A stretch of DNA of 63,856 bases, the filler included, from Folioceros fuciformis (lineage: Eukaryota): the NCBI GenBank assembly GCA_049999805.1. It is 6 parts of 6 records of this genome, joined end to end, with 100 filler letters (N's around TTAATTAATTAA, not from the genome) between each part and the next. Parts side by side here need not be neighbours in the genome. Positions count along the whole stretch, not along the records: positions 41,167 to 50,248 come from JBNGIO010004170.1; positions 50,349 to 57,124 come from JBNGIO010004171.1; positions 57,225 to 63,856 come from JBNGIO010004172.1; 3 more parts are not named here. The stretch is one strand, 5' to 3'. A model generated the notes under the pieces. The model did not search any database, was not told where the DNA came from, and saw only the letters and a program-made list of their open reading frames with translations. Shown here in pieces: positions 50,008 to 61,590 of this stretch (position 1 is the first letter of the stretch; each line of letters begins with the position of its first letter). The position numbers were made by a program, and so were the translations under genes.

Positions 50008-50248
50008 TGACAGGTTATATTTAATTTTCTTTTTATTAGTTCAGGTTAGGGTTAGGGGTTAGGTGACGGTTACAATCAATAACCGTCACCTGGTCAAGTT
50101 CATATGACATGTATCGTGACATTCTATTCAATTCCCTTCTTTATCTACACGCGAACATATCATGGTATCAGAGCGTGCGGCGATCCATGTCGTGCGTTTA
50201 ACTCCCAGCGCACGAGCAGCCTGGATCGGCTGTGTGCACTTCGGTGCA
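50008..50248 (+). mobile_element. Short 5' LTR (50008-50162) plus Met-i PBS of an LTR element inserted into the CRE element
   Basis: TGA...TCA termini are followed immediately by TGGTATCAGAGC (50163-50174). Confidence 0.8.
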
Positions 50249-50348
50249 NNNNNNNNNNNNNNNNNNNNNNNNNNNNNNNNNNNNNNNNNNNNTTAATTAA
50301 TTAANNNNNNNNNNNNNNNNNNNNNNNNNNNNNNNNNNNNNNNNNNNN

Positions 50349-53300
50349 CGTAGTCCTGGGGCTGCGCCATATATATTTCCTCCTTGATGTCTCCATGTAA
50401 AAATGCAGTACATACGTCCATCTGATGTAGTTCCAGGTTGAACTCAGCTGAGATAGCTAACAACATCCGAATGGACTGTGCCCTAACGACAGGGGAGAAG
50501 GTTTCCTGGTAATCCAAACCAGGAACCTGTGTGAAACCCCGAGCGCAGAGCCTAGCCTTGTACTTGGCGATCTCGCCTTCAGCATTTAATTTGGTCTTGA
50601 AAACCCATTTGCATGTAACAGCTTTCCTTCCTGGTGGCAAGTCTGTAAGTTCCCATGTCTTGTTTTTCAAAATAGACTGGTATTCCTCCTCAACTGCAGC
50701 TTGCCATTTATCTGCATCTGAACCGGCATAAGCAGCATCCATGGAAACAGGGTCTAACAGCAGAGGTGAGCTACCAGCAGTCGGAGCATGTGAAGATGGC
50801 CGAAAGTCATGAGATTCATAGGGAGGCTCAGCCCATTGTGAGCGAGGAAGACGAGAACGAGATGGGTTACGTCTTGGGGGTACTGTAACTTGAGAATCCT
50901 CCTCTGCAATTGGCATCACTGGATCTACATCTGGCAGAGGATCAGGTTCAGGGACTAGGACTAGGTTATCATCCTGGACTGTAAAATCGATATCATCTGG
51001 TGGATGTACTGTGTCCGGAGCAGGATCAGGAGGATTATTGGGATGATTATCAACAAGAGCTTGTGGATCAACTACAGGTAATTCAGCTGCAGGTTGCTTG
51101 ATAGGAGGGACAAGCCCTTGTGGAAACTGAGCAGGTTGAACATCAAAACTAGCTGGATCAGAAGTAGAGTCTTCATCATCCGAAGATTCAGAGTCTGTGT
51201 CAGCATGTACACCAGGTTTGGTTGAAAGACCAAAATCTATCAGCTCTTTGAAAACAACGCTACGAGCTAAAACAGGAGCAAAGGTAATGGGATCAATCAA
51301 TTTGTAAGCTTTGGCTTCTTCACTATACCCTATGAAAATTAAAGCTCTAGACCTATCATCTAGTTTCTGACGCTTTTCTTTTGGAATGTAGGCAAAAGCT
51401 GGGGACCCAAAAACTCTGAGGTGCAGAATACTCGGCTTACGGCCCCATATCATTTCATAAGGAGTCTTCCGTTGAAGAGAACTGGTGAGAAGACGATTGA
51501 GAATATATGTCGAAGTCACCAACGCTTCGGCCCAGTATTCTGCAGGTAAGCCCGCCCAGCTGAGCATGCTCCTGGTCATGCCCATAAGTATCTGATTTCT
51601 ACGTTCCGAAACACCATTTTGTTGTGGTGTGTAGGGAACGGTGAACTGGCGAATGATACCTCTATCTAGAAGGTATTGATCAAACTGAGAGTTACAAAAT
51701 TCAGTCCCGTTGTCCGTGCGGATGCACTTGAGGGAACGGTCTGTCTGCTTTTCTGCCATGGAAAGCCACTCTTTGAAACAACTGAATGTGTCACTTTTTC
51801 TTGCCATAGGATATGTCCATGTATATCGACTAAAATCGTCGGTAATGGTCAAGTAATACAGGGAGCCGCCAATGGACCTGGTCTGCAACTTGCCAGAAAT
51901 ATCACAATGTATGAGATCAAGAACAGCCGAAGAGCGAAAACCTGAATGCGGAAAGGGTTTCTCCCGCTGTTTGGCCAGTAAGCAGGCTTCACAAATCGGT
52001 AAGTCCTTGAAACATGAGGGTAAAGGTTCAGCATAACAATCTTCTGTGGACATCTTGACTAAAGTATTTTTGTTAACATGGTCGAGTCGAGCATGCCACA
52101 ATTTGGCTTGTTCAGTTGCTGGAAGATAGACAGGAGTGGTTGCTGAGGCGACAAGGCTGGAGGTTGGAACCTCACAAATCACATCCAGTCTATAAAGATC
52201 GAAGTCGGGAATGCCTCTCCCGATGCATTGTGTAGCAGAAGCTCGCCTGAAAATTTCACAGGTGGTGCCAAAGAAACGAAGCTCAAGGTTGAAGTGTTGA
52301 GCAAGGAGCTTTACAGATAGGAGATTTTTCGCCATTCCTGGCACATAGAGTATTCCTGGAACATGCAAGACTGAGTTGTCAGTCATCACAAAACGGCAAG
52401 TACCATATCCCTTAATTGGTAAGCTTGTCGATCTCTGCTCGTCTCCAAGAAGAACAGATTGAGTTGAATTGGGCATCTCCTTATAGCTGCTAAATAAGCG
52501 CTTGTCCTTACAGATGTGCGCAGTGGCGCCAGAATCCAAAAACCAGCTACCAGGATCACTTGATGAAGAGGAAAGACAAATGGTGTATATCTTCACCACA
52601 GCTTTACCTCCTTCAGTCGAAGATCTCTCCTTGGCAACAGAAATCACCTCAGGTTTAGATCGACGAGGCTCACCAGCCTTCTTGCGGCGACAATCTCTCT
52701 CCCAATGACCTGGAATGTTGCACCAGTTGCAGCTACCAGGTCTCTTTGTGTTCGTGGAAGAGGATCCAGCAGTGGAGGTTTGGCTATTTTGTCGGCCTCT
52801 ACCTCCTCTGCCTCTCCCCCTGCCAAAACCTCCACGCTAAGCAGAGGCATAGAGGACCTTATCAGTCCGGATCTTTCCAGAACTGCTTGAATTGTGTCGA
52901 AACCGGCTTTGTTCCTCTTGAAAAAGGGCAGCAATGACACTCTCAAGAGTGATGCCTGCCGGTCGACCAGCTGTTACATTCTGTCCAGCAACAGCTAAAG
53001 GTCCATTCTGGAGAGAGACAAAAGTTTGATACGATGCAGGCAAGGTGAGGAGAAGTCGCGCAATGGCATCCTCCTCAGACATCGTGGAGTTCAATTGAGC
53101 AAGGCGGGAGCGAAGGTGACGAAATCTACTTGTGTGGGCAGCCACACTGTCACCCTCCCGCATCTTCAAAGTGTAGAACTCATGCATTGCAGCAGATTTA
53201 GAAAGAATTGTCTTCACGGCATATGTACCAGTAAGCTGATCCCATATGTCTTTTGCGTTTGTCAGATTTTTGACATCAGGAATAAGGACTTCATCAAGCC

Positions 53301-54624
53301 CATAGATAATAATTGCAACAGCAACACTGTTTAGAGTATTCCATTTGTCGACATCAGCCTGAGTTATTTGTGCACCACCAGAGACAGTAGTAGCGGTAGC
53401 TCCAGCAACAGGAAGAATAGGTTCTGGGTATGTACCATCTACAACTGTCCAGACCCCCCTAGCTCTTAAAGTGGTTTGCATGCGCACACGCCAAATTTCA
53501 AATTTTGTACCATTGAACCTATCTTTGTCCTTAACTTCGGAAGTAAAAGCTGGCGTGGCAGACATGACTACTCGACGTGTAGAGAAGGGATTAACAAATG
53601 AGGGTATTCGCCCTTGACCACGTCTATGATGAAGAAAAGGAGACAGGGGAAAGTGCAGGAGGTGGTCGCGAGTTGACATGCATACTTGCAAAAAGTCTGA
53701 ACGGGTAAGCGGTTACAGATCTGAAAAGTTTTTAGGGTTTCTACTTCAGCAAGAAAACTAAACTAGCCTACTGACTTTCTGTCTAGGGCTTGTGAGGTCA
53801 AGAAAACCGGTTAAATAACCGCCTGTCCAGTGGCAGCGGAAGGTTCATGTGAAGAAAGACCTCTATAGCACAAGATCCCTAGGCAAGAACAAAGGAAACC
53901 AAATCAATCTGAGTGCTCCTCATGAGAGGAGTGAGTAACCTTATTCAGCATCTGTAGTTGCGTGGTAAGTCTGTCAATTTCTGAGGAAAACTTGGTGACA
54001 ACTGTATGGATTTTCAGATTTGTTGGGTCCAGCCGTTTTGAAAAAGACTCTTGGCGTTGAATTGCAGCATTCAACGTACTCTCCAAAACCAGATTGGGCT
54101 GAAAATCCAGTAATATGTCTGATAAAGTTCTGGTGGTCTTCGTGCAGGATAGTGGGGCTGAGGCAGGACTTCTCAAGCAAGGTCTGCTGGCAGATTGATC
54201 TGATTTGTAAATTCTGCCACAATTATCACAAGATTTAAATGCAGTAAAATTCTTTGTTGATCGCCTAGGATTACAGCGATTTTGACAATTCCAGTAANNN
54301 NNNNNNNNNNNNNNNNNNNNNNNNNNNNNNNNNNNNNNNNNNNNNNNNNNNNNNNNNNNNNNNNNNNNNNNNNNNNNNNNNNNNNNNNNNNNNNNNNTAT
54401 CTAAAATATAACACGCTGGCATAATGACAAGAAAGCTTGACATTCTGTGCATTCAGTACATGCACCAGCACAAAGGTGACCAGCACACGAGAGCATAGAC
54501 AAACATAAATAAATAAATATATTAAAAATAAAATTAAATATATTTATACTAAACCCTAACTAGGTAGGTCATTTAGCCATGCATACTCCTAGGTTAAACT
54601 AATAATAAAATACTATTTTCAACA
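50349..54624 (-). mobile_element. Copia element A: 5' LTR (from 54624), ORF0, gag (ATG 53565)-protease-integrase-RT; 3' end cut by scaffold
   Basis: The LTR starts TGTTGAAAA. Motifs are MSATPAFTSEVKDKDRFNGTKF, CNWCNIPGHWERDC, WFLDSGATAH, LWHARLDH..CEAC, DDFSRYTW, IRTDNGTEF, TPQQNGVSER, YKARLCARGFTQ and QMDVCTAFLHG. Gag and pol share one frame, broken by a single TAG at 52837-52839. Confidence 0.95.
53904..54297 (-). CDS. ORF0 of element A (5' part hidden in N gap)
   Basis: The frame is open and ends about 340 bp before the gag ATG. LESTLNAAIQRQESFSKRL is followed by heptad-like sequence; a Cys-rich segment (CQNRC, CDNC) is present. Confidence 0.6.
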
Positions 54625-54889
54625 CTAACTAGCCCGTATCCCGGCGTCATGCATAGTTTAGTTTAGGTCGTTAAGCGAATAGTTACACATATACATATAT
54701 TTATTATATAAGTGCACGAACAGGTGCACAGTCGTAACGTTAACAGTCAACCGCCGTACCGGTTCACATGACACGGCCTCTTATGGCCTTACACCCACAT
54801 TCACAAGTGGCTATTCTGATTTTCTAAGCTTCCTCTCTACGCCGTGTGCTACCGATCCTACGCTACGAATCCCAGTACTAAAACGACAA

Positions 54890-56529
54890 AGAGGGTTTGT
54901 GTGCACCTCGTAGCACCCCCGGGTGCAATATTTTCCCTCACAAAGTGTGTTTCAAATACATTTGCAATTTGGATGAGGGTATTAAGGAGGATGTCTTTAG
55001 AGAGTTAACGTCGCTATATGGTAAGACATATATGTTGGATCAGGTGTTTCCAATTGCAGAGAAACATGAGCAGGTGAGAGCGTTACTAAAGGCTATGGGA
55101 AGAAAGGTTGGAACAGGCAAAAGAGGAGCATTTTCAGCAACAGTTTCTCGACATAATTATTGCCTAAATGGAGACCAAATTGGCAACAACAGTCGAATAT
55201 GCCAAGAGTGGACAACAGGTATATGAAGCATGTCATGAATGTGGAAGCGGAAAAAGGATTGAAATGTTTGCGTTGTGGAAGCGGTGCACATGTGATGATG
55301 GAATGTTTGATTAAGAGGGATGTGGGTTGTAAACATTGTGGGAAAAAGGGTCATTTGAAGAAAGTCTATTGGCTAAAGTACCTATCTCTGAAGCCTACAA
55401 AGTTTGGTCTGAGGGGGCAGAATGTTAAAAATGTGAGGCGAGGCAGGTGCAAAGAGCAGGAGGAAATTGGTTTGGGAAATTCAGTGGAGATAACTTGGAT
55501 CGAATAGACAAGTCTCACAAATTGTTGGAGTTGCATATAGCAGATTTGAAAGCTTAAATCGATAGGTTGAAGGTAGATAGCGTCCAGAATAGTGGAGTCA
55601 AGAAAAAGGAAGTTAAAACGGTGGAGAAAAGGAAGGATTTGGGTGAGGAGGAGGAGGCTTATAAGGAGTTTCAGCTGGATGCGTTCGTTCATGAGGTGAA
55701 CATGGAAGATGCATTGGAAGTAGAGGTTGTACAAAAAAGATACAACACAAGATTGGGGGGTCAGAATAAGGATCATGGAAGATCGGCGGTGGTAGGTTGG
55801 AAATATTCACAATCATTTGAAGTATTAGATGTGGATGTGAAAGATTTTGGTGAGAAAATGTGTGGCAGACCAGTGAAAGTGATGGAATAGCAGAGGAGTA
55901 AGAGAATAGAGGTGTCTCAAAATGATTTGATCGATTGTATCCAAAGTGTGTTAGAGTTGGGTGTCATGGTGGGGGTGAGCGAAGCAAAAATTTGAGAACT
56001 TTGGCAAGACGTGATGTTGGAGTGGTCGGATGCAAGTAAGAAGCTAAGCAAGATAGTTTCACTTTGTCTCAATAGTAATAATCGGAATAATGAACACAGA
56101 ACAAAAGTTAGACTAGGAATTGCGTTTTTGGACAATAGGGGATGTGAATTTTTGATAGATGGTTTTGTGCCAGAAAGGGTACTAATAGATTCGGGGGCGC
56201 AGCCTACGTTAATTCATTTCAATACGGCATTTGCCATGGGATTGAGAAAGGGGGATATACAGGAGACAAGATGGAAGATAAGGATGGCCAATGGAGGTTT
56301 GGAGGCAGTGGTGGGAGAGACTAGGGAAAAATTGCAGTTATGCTTTAAACCTGGAACAGAGGAAGAGACCGTAATTAGTATGAAATGCTTGATTGTTAAA
56401 TCTGGAAATTTTGATGTCATCTTGGGGATAGAGGCTTTGTTCATGCATGGAGAAGGAGTGGATTTATGGACAAAGGAGTTTTATTATCGTCCCGGGTGGC
56501 GACAAGGTGAGGGAATGAGAGTAGCAAGG
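54890..56529 (+). mobile_element. Degenerate Ty3/gypsy-type gag-protease remnant
   Basis: It has twin knuckles CLRCGSGAHVMMEC and CKHCGKKGHLKKV, and a retropepsin VLIDSGAQPTLI..FDVILG. An LTR-like remnant ending AAACGACA at 54888 precedes it. Confidence 0.75.
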
Positions 56530-56611
56530 GGGAGCGAATCATAGTACTACAACGATAATAAGGGGGCCACACTTCCCCCTTATTATCGTTGCAGTACTAT
56601 GATTTGCTCCC
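56530..56611. mobile_element. 82-bp foldback mini-element with a possible AAGG TSD
   Basis: 37-bp arms (35/37 paired) enclose an 8-nt loop, and AAGG flanks both sides. Confidence 0.75.
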
Positions 56612-57224
56612 AAGGAAGTGAACTAGTGTCAAGGTTTCCTACAATCTCCCCACACTACCCTAATCTAATCCTATCTATCAGCCGGCTTCTAGACCTAACC
56701 ACACTATAGCAAAAAGATCAGAATCCTTAGCCCCGTCTTCAATACCAACCACAACTCCAGCTGAATGAGAACTCCAGCATCATCTTCAACTCCCACTTCC
56801 AAGTCCAGGTATCAGCCGCCTCAGCAGCTGAGAGGAGGCCCTAGCCCTGTCCTCGGCCTCCACTCTCAGCCCTAAATGCCAACCACCTCAGCAGCTGATT
56901 GAGAACTTCAGCACCTAAGCTCCTCACCTCAGCACACCAACTCCAAACTCCAGCACTTCAAATGTCTACTCCAGCACTTCAGCTCTTCAGCCCTTCACTC
57001 TAACGTTTCACTCCTAGATTTTGGAACACAACAGCCCCTCACTTGTAGTCCTTGAGGCAGGGATGTGCAAACCTAGGCTGGATAGCCTCCTTGGCTCACA
57101 GCCCTGCAATCCATCGCCTTGGAANNNNNNNNNNNNNNNNNNNNNNNNNNNNNNNNNNNNNNNNNNNNTTAATTAATTAANNNNNNNNNNNNNNNNNNNN
57201 NNNNNNNNNNNNNNNNNNNNNNNN

Positions 57225-60060
57225 CACACACACGACATGCTTGTTTTTGCCCCGTCACCCGTGCACTGCATGGGCCTCTGCTTATCCTTTCCCGCATCAT
57301 ACTTCCTCCACATGTCGTCAACCTGCCAGCCCGCCTGCCATGGGATGTCGCCTCTTGGACAAGCAGTTCGTCCTCTTGTACGAACGTCTTGCATCATGGG
57401 GATAAGGATGCTTCTCCTTGGGACATGCCCCTCGTATGGCTTTAGAAGAAGGATGCCCCGGATGCACTTACCCCTCCACCTTTTCAACTCCATCTGGGAT
57501 AGATAACATGATACCAACTTGGATTCAGGTTTCGCCCGAATGTCTCCTGTGCTTAGCCAGGCCCTGCCTCTACTCGGGAACTTTCCCAATTTCCCGGCGT
57601 CTCGACGTTCTTCAGCATTGTATCCACACTGGGGGCTGAACACTGATTGCCTCTGTCGCCTTCCTTCCATCTGCAAAGCCAGAGATGACCAGTGTGTGAA
57701 GGGCTCGTGCAAAAACAAATAGGTTCAACTATGTTCTTTGAACGGTATCGGACACACAAACCTTGAGGAACTGAAATGACAGCTGCTCGATCCTTGGGAC
57801 TATGGGAGTCGACATGTTTCCACATATGATCAGCAATCATTCCCTGCTCACACATTGGGCACCATTCGTCGTCCACCACCATGGCGTTCAACTTTTTGAA
57901 GCCGCACTTTGGTCGCAGAAGCAAGATAATGTATCATTCTTCAAGACGCTCAAAATCCGTCAGCCACCACTTCCCTGGACTCGTCTTTAGAAGACGAACT
58001 TGCAGGTACATACCTAGGTGTTCACGTCTACTCACCTTCGATGTTCCCATTGTCAGAAGCCCTTGTGGAAGGGACTCGCTGTGAAGCTTTCCAACTTGCT
58101 GACCAAGGAAGGATGTTACGTCATCATGTCACCGCTGGTGAGATCCTGCCGCTCATACAGGTCTACAGCCACAGCCTGTGTTCCAACCCTGCACACCTGC
58201 CTGAACTGCCACAATGGCACCAAATTCTGCTCCGCATCTGAGGTCTGCACAAGGCGAGCGTTATGATTCCTACACTTGCGCCCTCGTTCCCATGCAGCAC
58301 TCTATCCTCATGTATGGGCAGAATACAACCTTTTTACCGTCACCTTCCCGCTCATCAGCGGTTCTTTCAGCAAATTTAGACCACCTTGTCTGTTAGGTGA
58401 TTACTTCGAAAATACTTGTCTGTTCGTCACATGACTTCCAGCAGTTGGAATGTCACAAAAATCATCCCAAGCTACAGCGTTGGACTTCTCCCTGTCCGGG
58501 TAAGCGAGTACGCTGACTGCAGAACTTGGAAGATGATTCTCTACCTGTGATGATCTCCCTGATGACCATGTTAAAATCCAGCTGGTGTTGAACTCTTCAT
58601 CAGTGTGCACAACACCTACAAGGATCAACAGCAAGTTTAAGGAGAAGAGGCTTTGAGCGTCAGCACCGCTAAGGTTAGAGATCCTTGGAACCCCTCCGAC
58701 CACACAAAACTGGAAGATCTCCAACCAGCAACGACGTAGCATCTATAGTGATGTGAGGACCTGCAAAGAGGTGGTCTAGTCAAAGTCGACATCATCCTCA
58801 TCTTCATCCACACGCACGTTCACAGCTGGCAGCAGTCTCCCAGGAGAGTACAAAACCCATCTGTATGCTCAGACCGCTGGGACCATGTAACTGACCTTGC
58901 AACCTTTCACGCTGGGACCATGTAACTGACCTTGCAACCTTTCACTTCCTTTCTTTCCAAGTGAACTAACCAGCGTGATATGCAACATTGCGTTAATTGG
59001 CAACCAGTTGAGCCACATACCAGGAGTCTTTCGTTGGCAAGTCCTCAATTAGGTCAGTAATCAAAACCTGCGATGTCTTGGCTGTAAGCACCTGGTTCAC
59101 TAAGTCACACTCGTACAGAAAATGGGAGGGGCAGAGAGCTTACAGGACTGTACACGCCATACAGCAAACAAAACTCTTGTGGAGTAACTTATTGCCTACG
59201 CTCGATACCTTCAGGAGCCACAAAGCCTTCCAAAACACCGGTTGGCAGTTGCCCGTTACATCCCTCAGCATACGAGAAAAGCAACCCTCTACACGGAAAA
59301 CACACACCATCGAGGTGCAGATGGGGTTTGGTATTCAAAGCGGCCAGATTGGTTCACTGGACTTGACCTGTAAGCCCCAACAGGTCAAGCAACAAAGTCA
59401 GAAAAGGCGAACACGTATTCTCAACCAGACAACTCTTCTTCTCCATACACAAGGCCATCCACCGAGGCTCTTCATTCCGCCAAGAACGTCAAAGGTACTG
59501 CACAGTCTCAAGCAACCATCAGGACAAGACTCCCTCCGCGTACACTTCAACAGCGGACAGCATTGTGTTCCATCCAGAATCTACACTAACTGCTCTGTCT
59601 GAGCACCCCAGCCCCTCACATTCGAGAATTGAGAGCAAAACAGGATCCACGTGTGTAAAGGTGCCGTATGGTGAAACGGGGAAGAGAACTACATGGAGTG
59701 AGCGACACCTCACAAAGTTATGCACTGACAACCTACAAAAATTGTCCCACCCTTCCCAACCAGAAGATCGTCCCACAATAGAGTAAGGGAGCTTGGATCA
59801 ATCTTAGACTAACACATTCACGTTCACCTGCGTAAACTAGCCGAAGACCCGACATCCTTGGAAGAAAGGAAGCTCACGATCCGGCAAGGCTCCTGGTCAG
59901 GCAAGTGTTTTGAATTCCACGCATCCAGAATCCGATTGCGGGCCACTTCGATGGAAGTGTCCGGGTGTAGCCAAAGTGACCAGGCGCAAAGACGCAAATT
60001 TAGAGACTCCAGATGCATCGGACTGCAACGGTTAGTACATACAGGTCCACCACGCACCAT
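57225..60060 (-). mobile_element. Highly degenerate LINE-like sequence (APE endonuclease start near 59630)
   Basis: Frameshifted NVRG/GLG and PD..CL.ET remnants resemble the L1 APE N-terminus; RT motifs cannot be read cleanly. A 35-bp tandem duplication lies at 58875-58945. Confidence 0.4.
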
Positions 60061-60639
60061 CCCGATTGCTCCCCAACATACAATCCACCAGATTTTAATG
60101 AGACTTTCTGTTTATTAGGAGACTTCAAAAACATAAGAAATGTGCGAAGAAGCTATGAGGCAAGCTTTATGCCTGACCCAACAAACATGCGCCTTAGGCC
60201 CGCCAGGTGTGAAGAGCAGTCTCAATTTTATACTGGACTAAAAAGTTTTGTGTGTCCTTCCATTGTGTGCATCTTCCTATTATGAGAAGATTTATTAGCG
60301 GGCAAGGCAAGATGGCCTGCCCCTCACCTCTCCTTGTTTTTGGATCTCCTTGCTAAGCATATGAGGCATGATTGCTAATGGCAATTGCTCACACGAAAAA
60401 TCTGGTTGCTTGGTAGTGGCATGATCACAAACAAAATTTGGTTCTGGCACCGATTCTCTCTTCTCTACTTCAAGGATGGTGGTTGAGCTAACCTACCTAA
60501 TGTTTTAGTATTTCTTACGAACATGAACGTGCTGCAGAGATCAAATGGATATTACCCAAGTCATTGCACATATCTCCCTATCTACACCTATGACCCGATC
60601 ACCATTGGTGGTTTGTCTCCCTTCTTTTGGGGTAAATGG

Positions 60640-61590
60640 TTTCCCATCTTGTTTCCCATCTTGTTTTCAATCTATAGAAATCCTAGATATGTTTTCAATC
60701 TATAGAAATCCTAGATNNNNNNNNNNNNNNNNNNNNNNNNNNNNNNNNNNNNNNNNNNNNNNNNNNNNNNNNNNNNNNNNNNNNNNNNNNNNNNNNNNNN
60801 NNNNNNNNNNNNNNNNGTCCAATCCTCCTCCCCATGAAAACCTTTGCATACAAACTTTCATAAAACCATGTGCTTATTATTCTTGCTAGTTATGTGACTC
60901 CGTTCTTGCACATAGTACGTCCAATCCTCCTCCCCATGAAAACCTTTGCATACAAACTTTCATAAAATCCTTGTTACACACAACCACATCTATATCAAAA
61001 ACTTAAAAATAAATCAAATAATAATAATTAAAATAAGTTAAAAAATATAAAACTTTTAGGACAAGGTTGTTTGTTTGAAAGAATTGGTTTTTAATTCTTA
61101 TTTTTGTTATTTTGACTAATTGAATTATTCTTGGGCAAATTTGGGTCAATATGTCCCATATCTTCTTCTCATTTTACACTAAAAATTTGTATGCATGTCT
61201 TGTTAAGTGTCGCCCTATTGTTCTTTACTTGTGTTTGAAGACTGTTGTCTACTTTTTCATGTACACATGTTTAATCCTTCTCATTAACTTTGCACCAAGA
61301 ATGTGAATGTAATTGTGCTTCCACCTCAACCACAAACTATCCAAGAAAAAGAAGACAACATCTAGGTGGAGGCAAGGAGTTTTAGAAAATGGAAGAGCAT
61401 GTGTCATCCACCAAACAAAAGAGCATGTGTCGTCCACATATGACACCTGCCAAACAGAAAGGCATGTGTCATCCACTTAGGACATCCGCTAAGCAGAAAG
61501 ACATGTGTCATCCACAAAGGAGTTCGTGGAGAGAAGAGCATGTTTGATCCACCCAGGAGTTCCATGTTACAAAAGAGCATGTGCCATAAC
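60640..61590. repeat. Cluster of short tandem repeats
   Basis: GTTTTCAATCTATAGAAATCCTAGAT occurs twice. GTCCAATCCTCCTCCCCATGAAAACCTTTGCATACAAACTTTCATAAAA occurs at 60817 and 60919. An AAGAGCATGTGTCATCCAC-like motif occurs about six times at 61395-61590. Confidence 0.85.

Noticed and set aside
50044-50063. TTAGGG repeats beside the CRE element as a telomeric target site
   Set aside because: They lie inside an LTR that interrupts the CRE coding region, not at the CRE terminus.
52837-52839. Programmed stop-codon readthrough in gag of element A (and the TAG at 38442 in B)
   Set aside because: The stops are at different positions in the two copies, lack a CARYYA context, and are explained by CAG>TAG decay.
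54398-54452. N-terminus MHRMSSFLV of the 53904-54452 ORF
   Set aside because: It lies in LTR sequence across an N gap, so the frame continuity is artificial.
61395-61590. CRISPR-like spaced repeats
   Set aside because: The repeats are degenerate, the spacing is irregular and the context is eukaryotic; they are more likely TE subterminal repeats.
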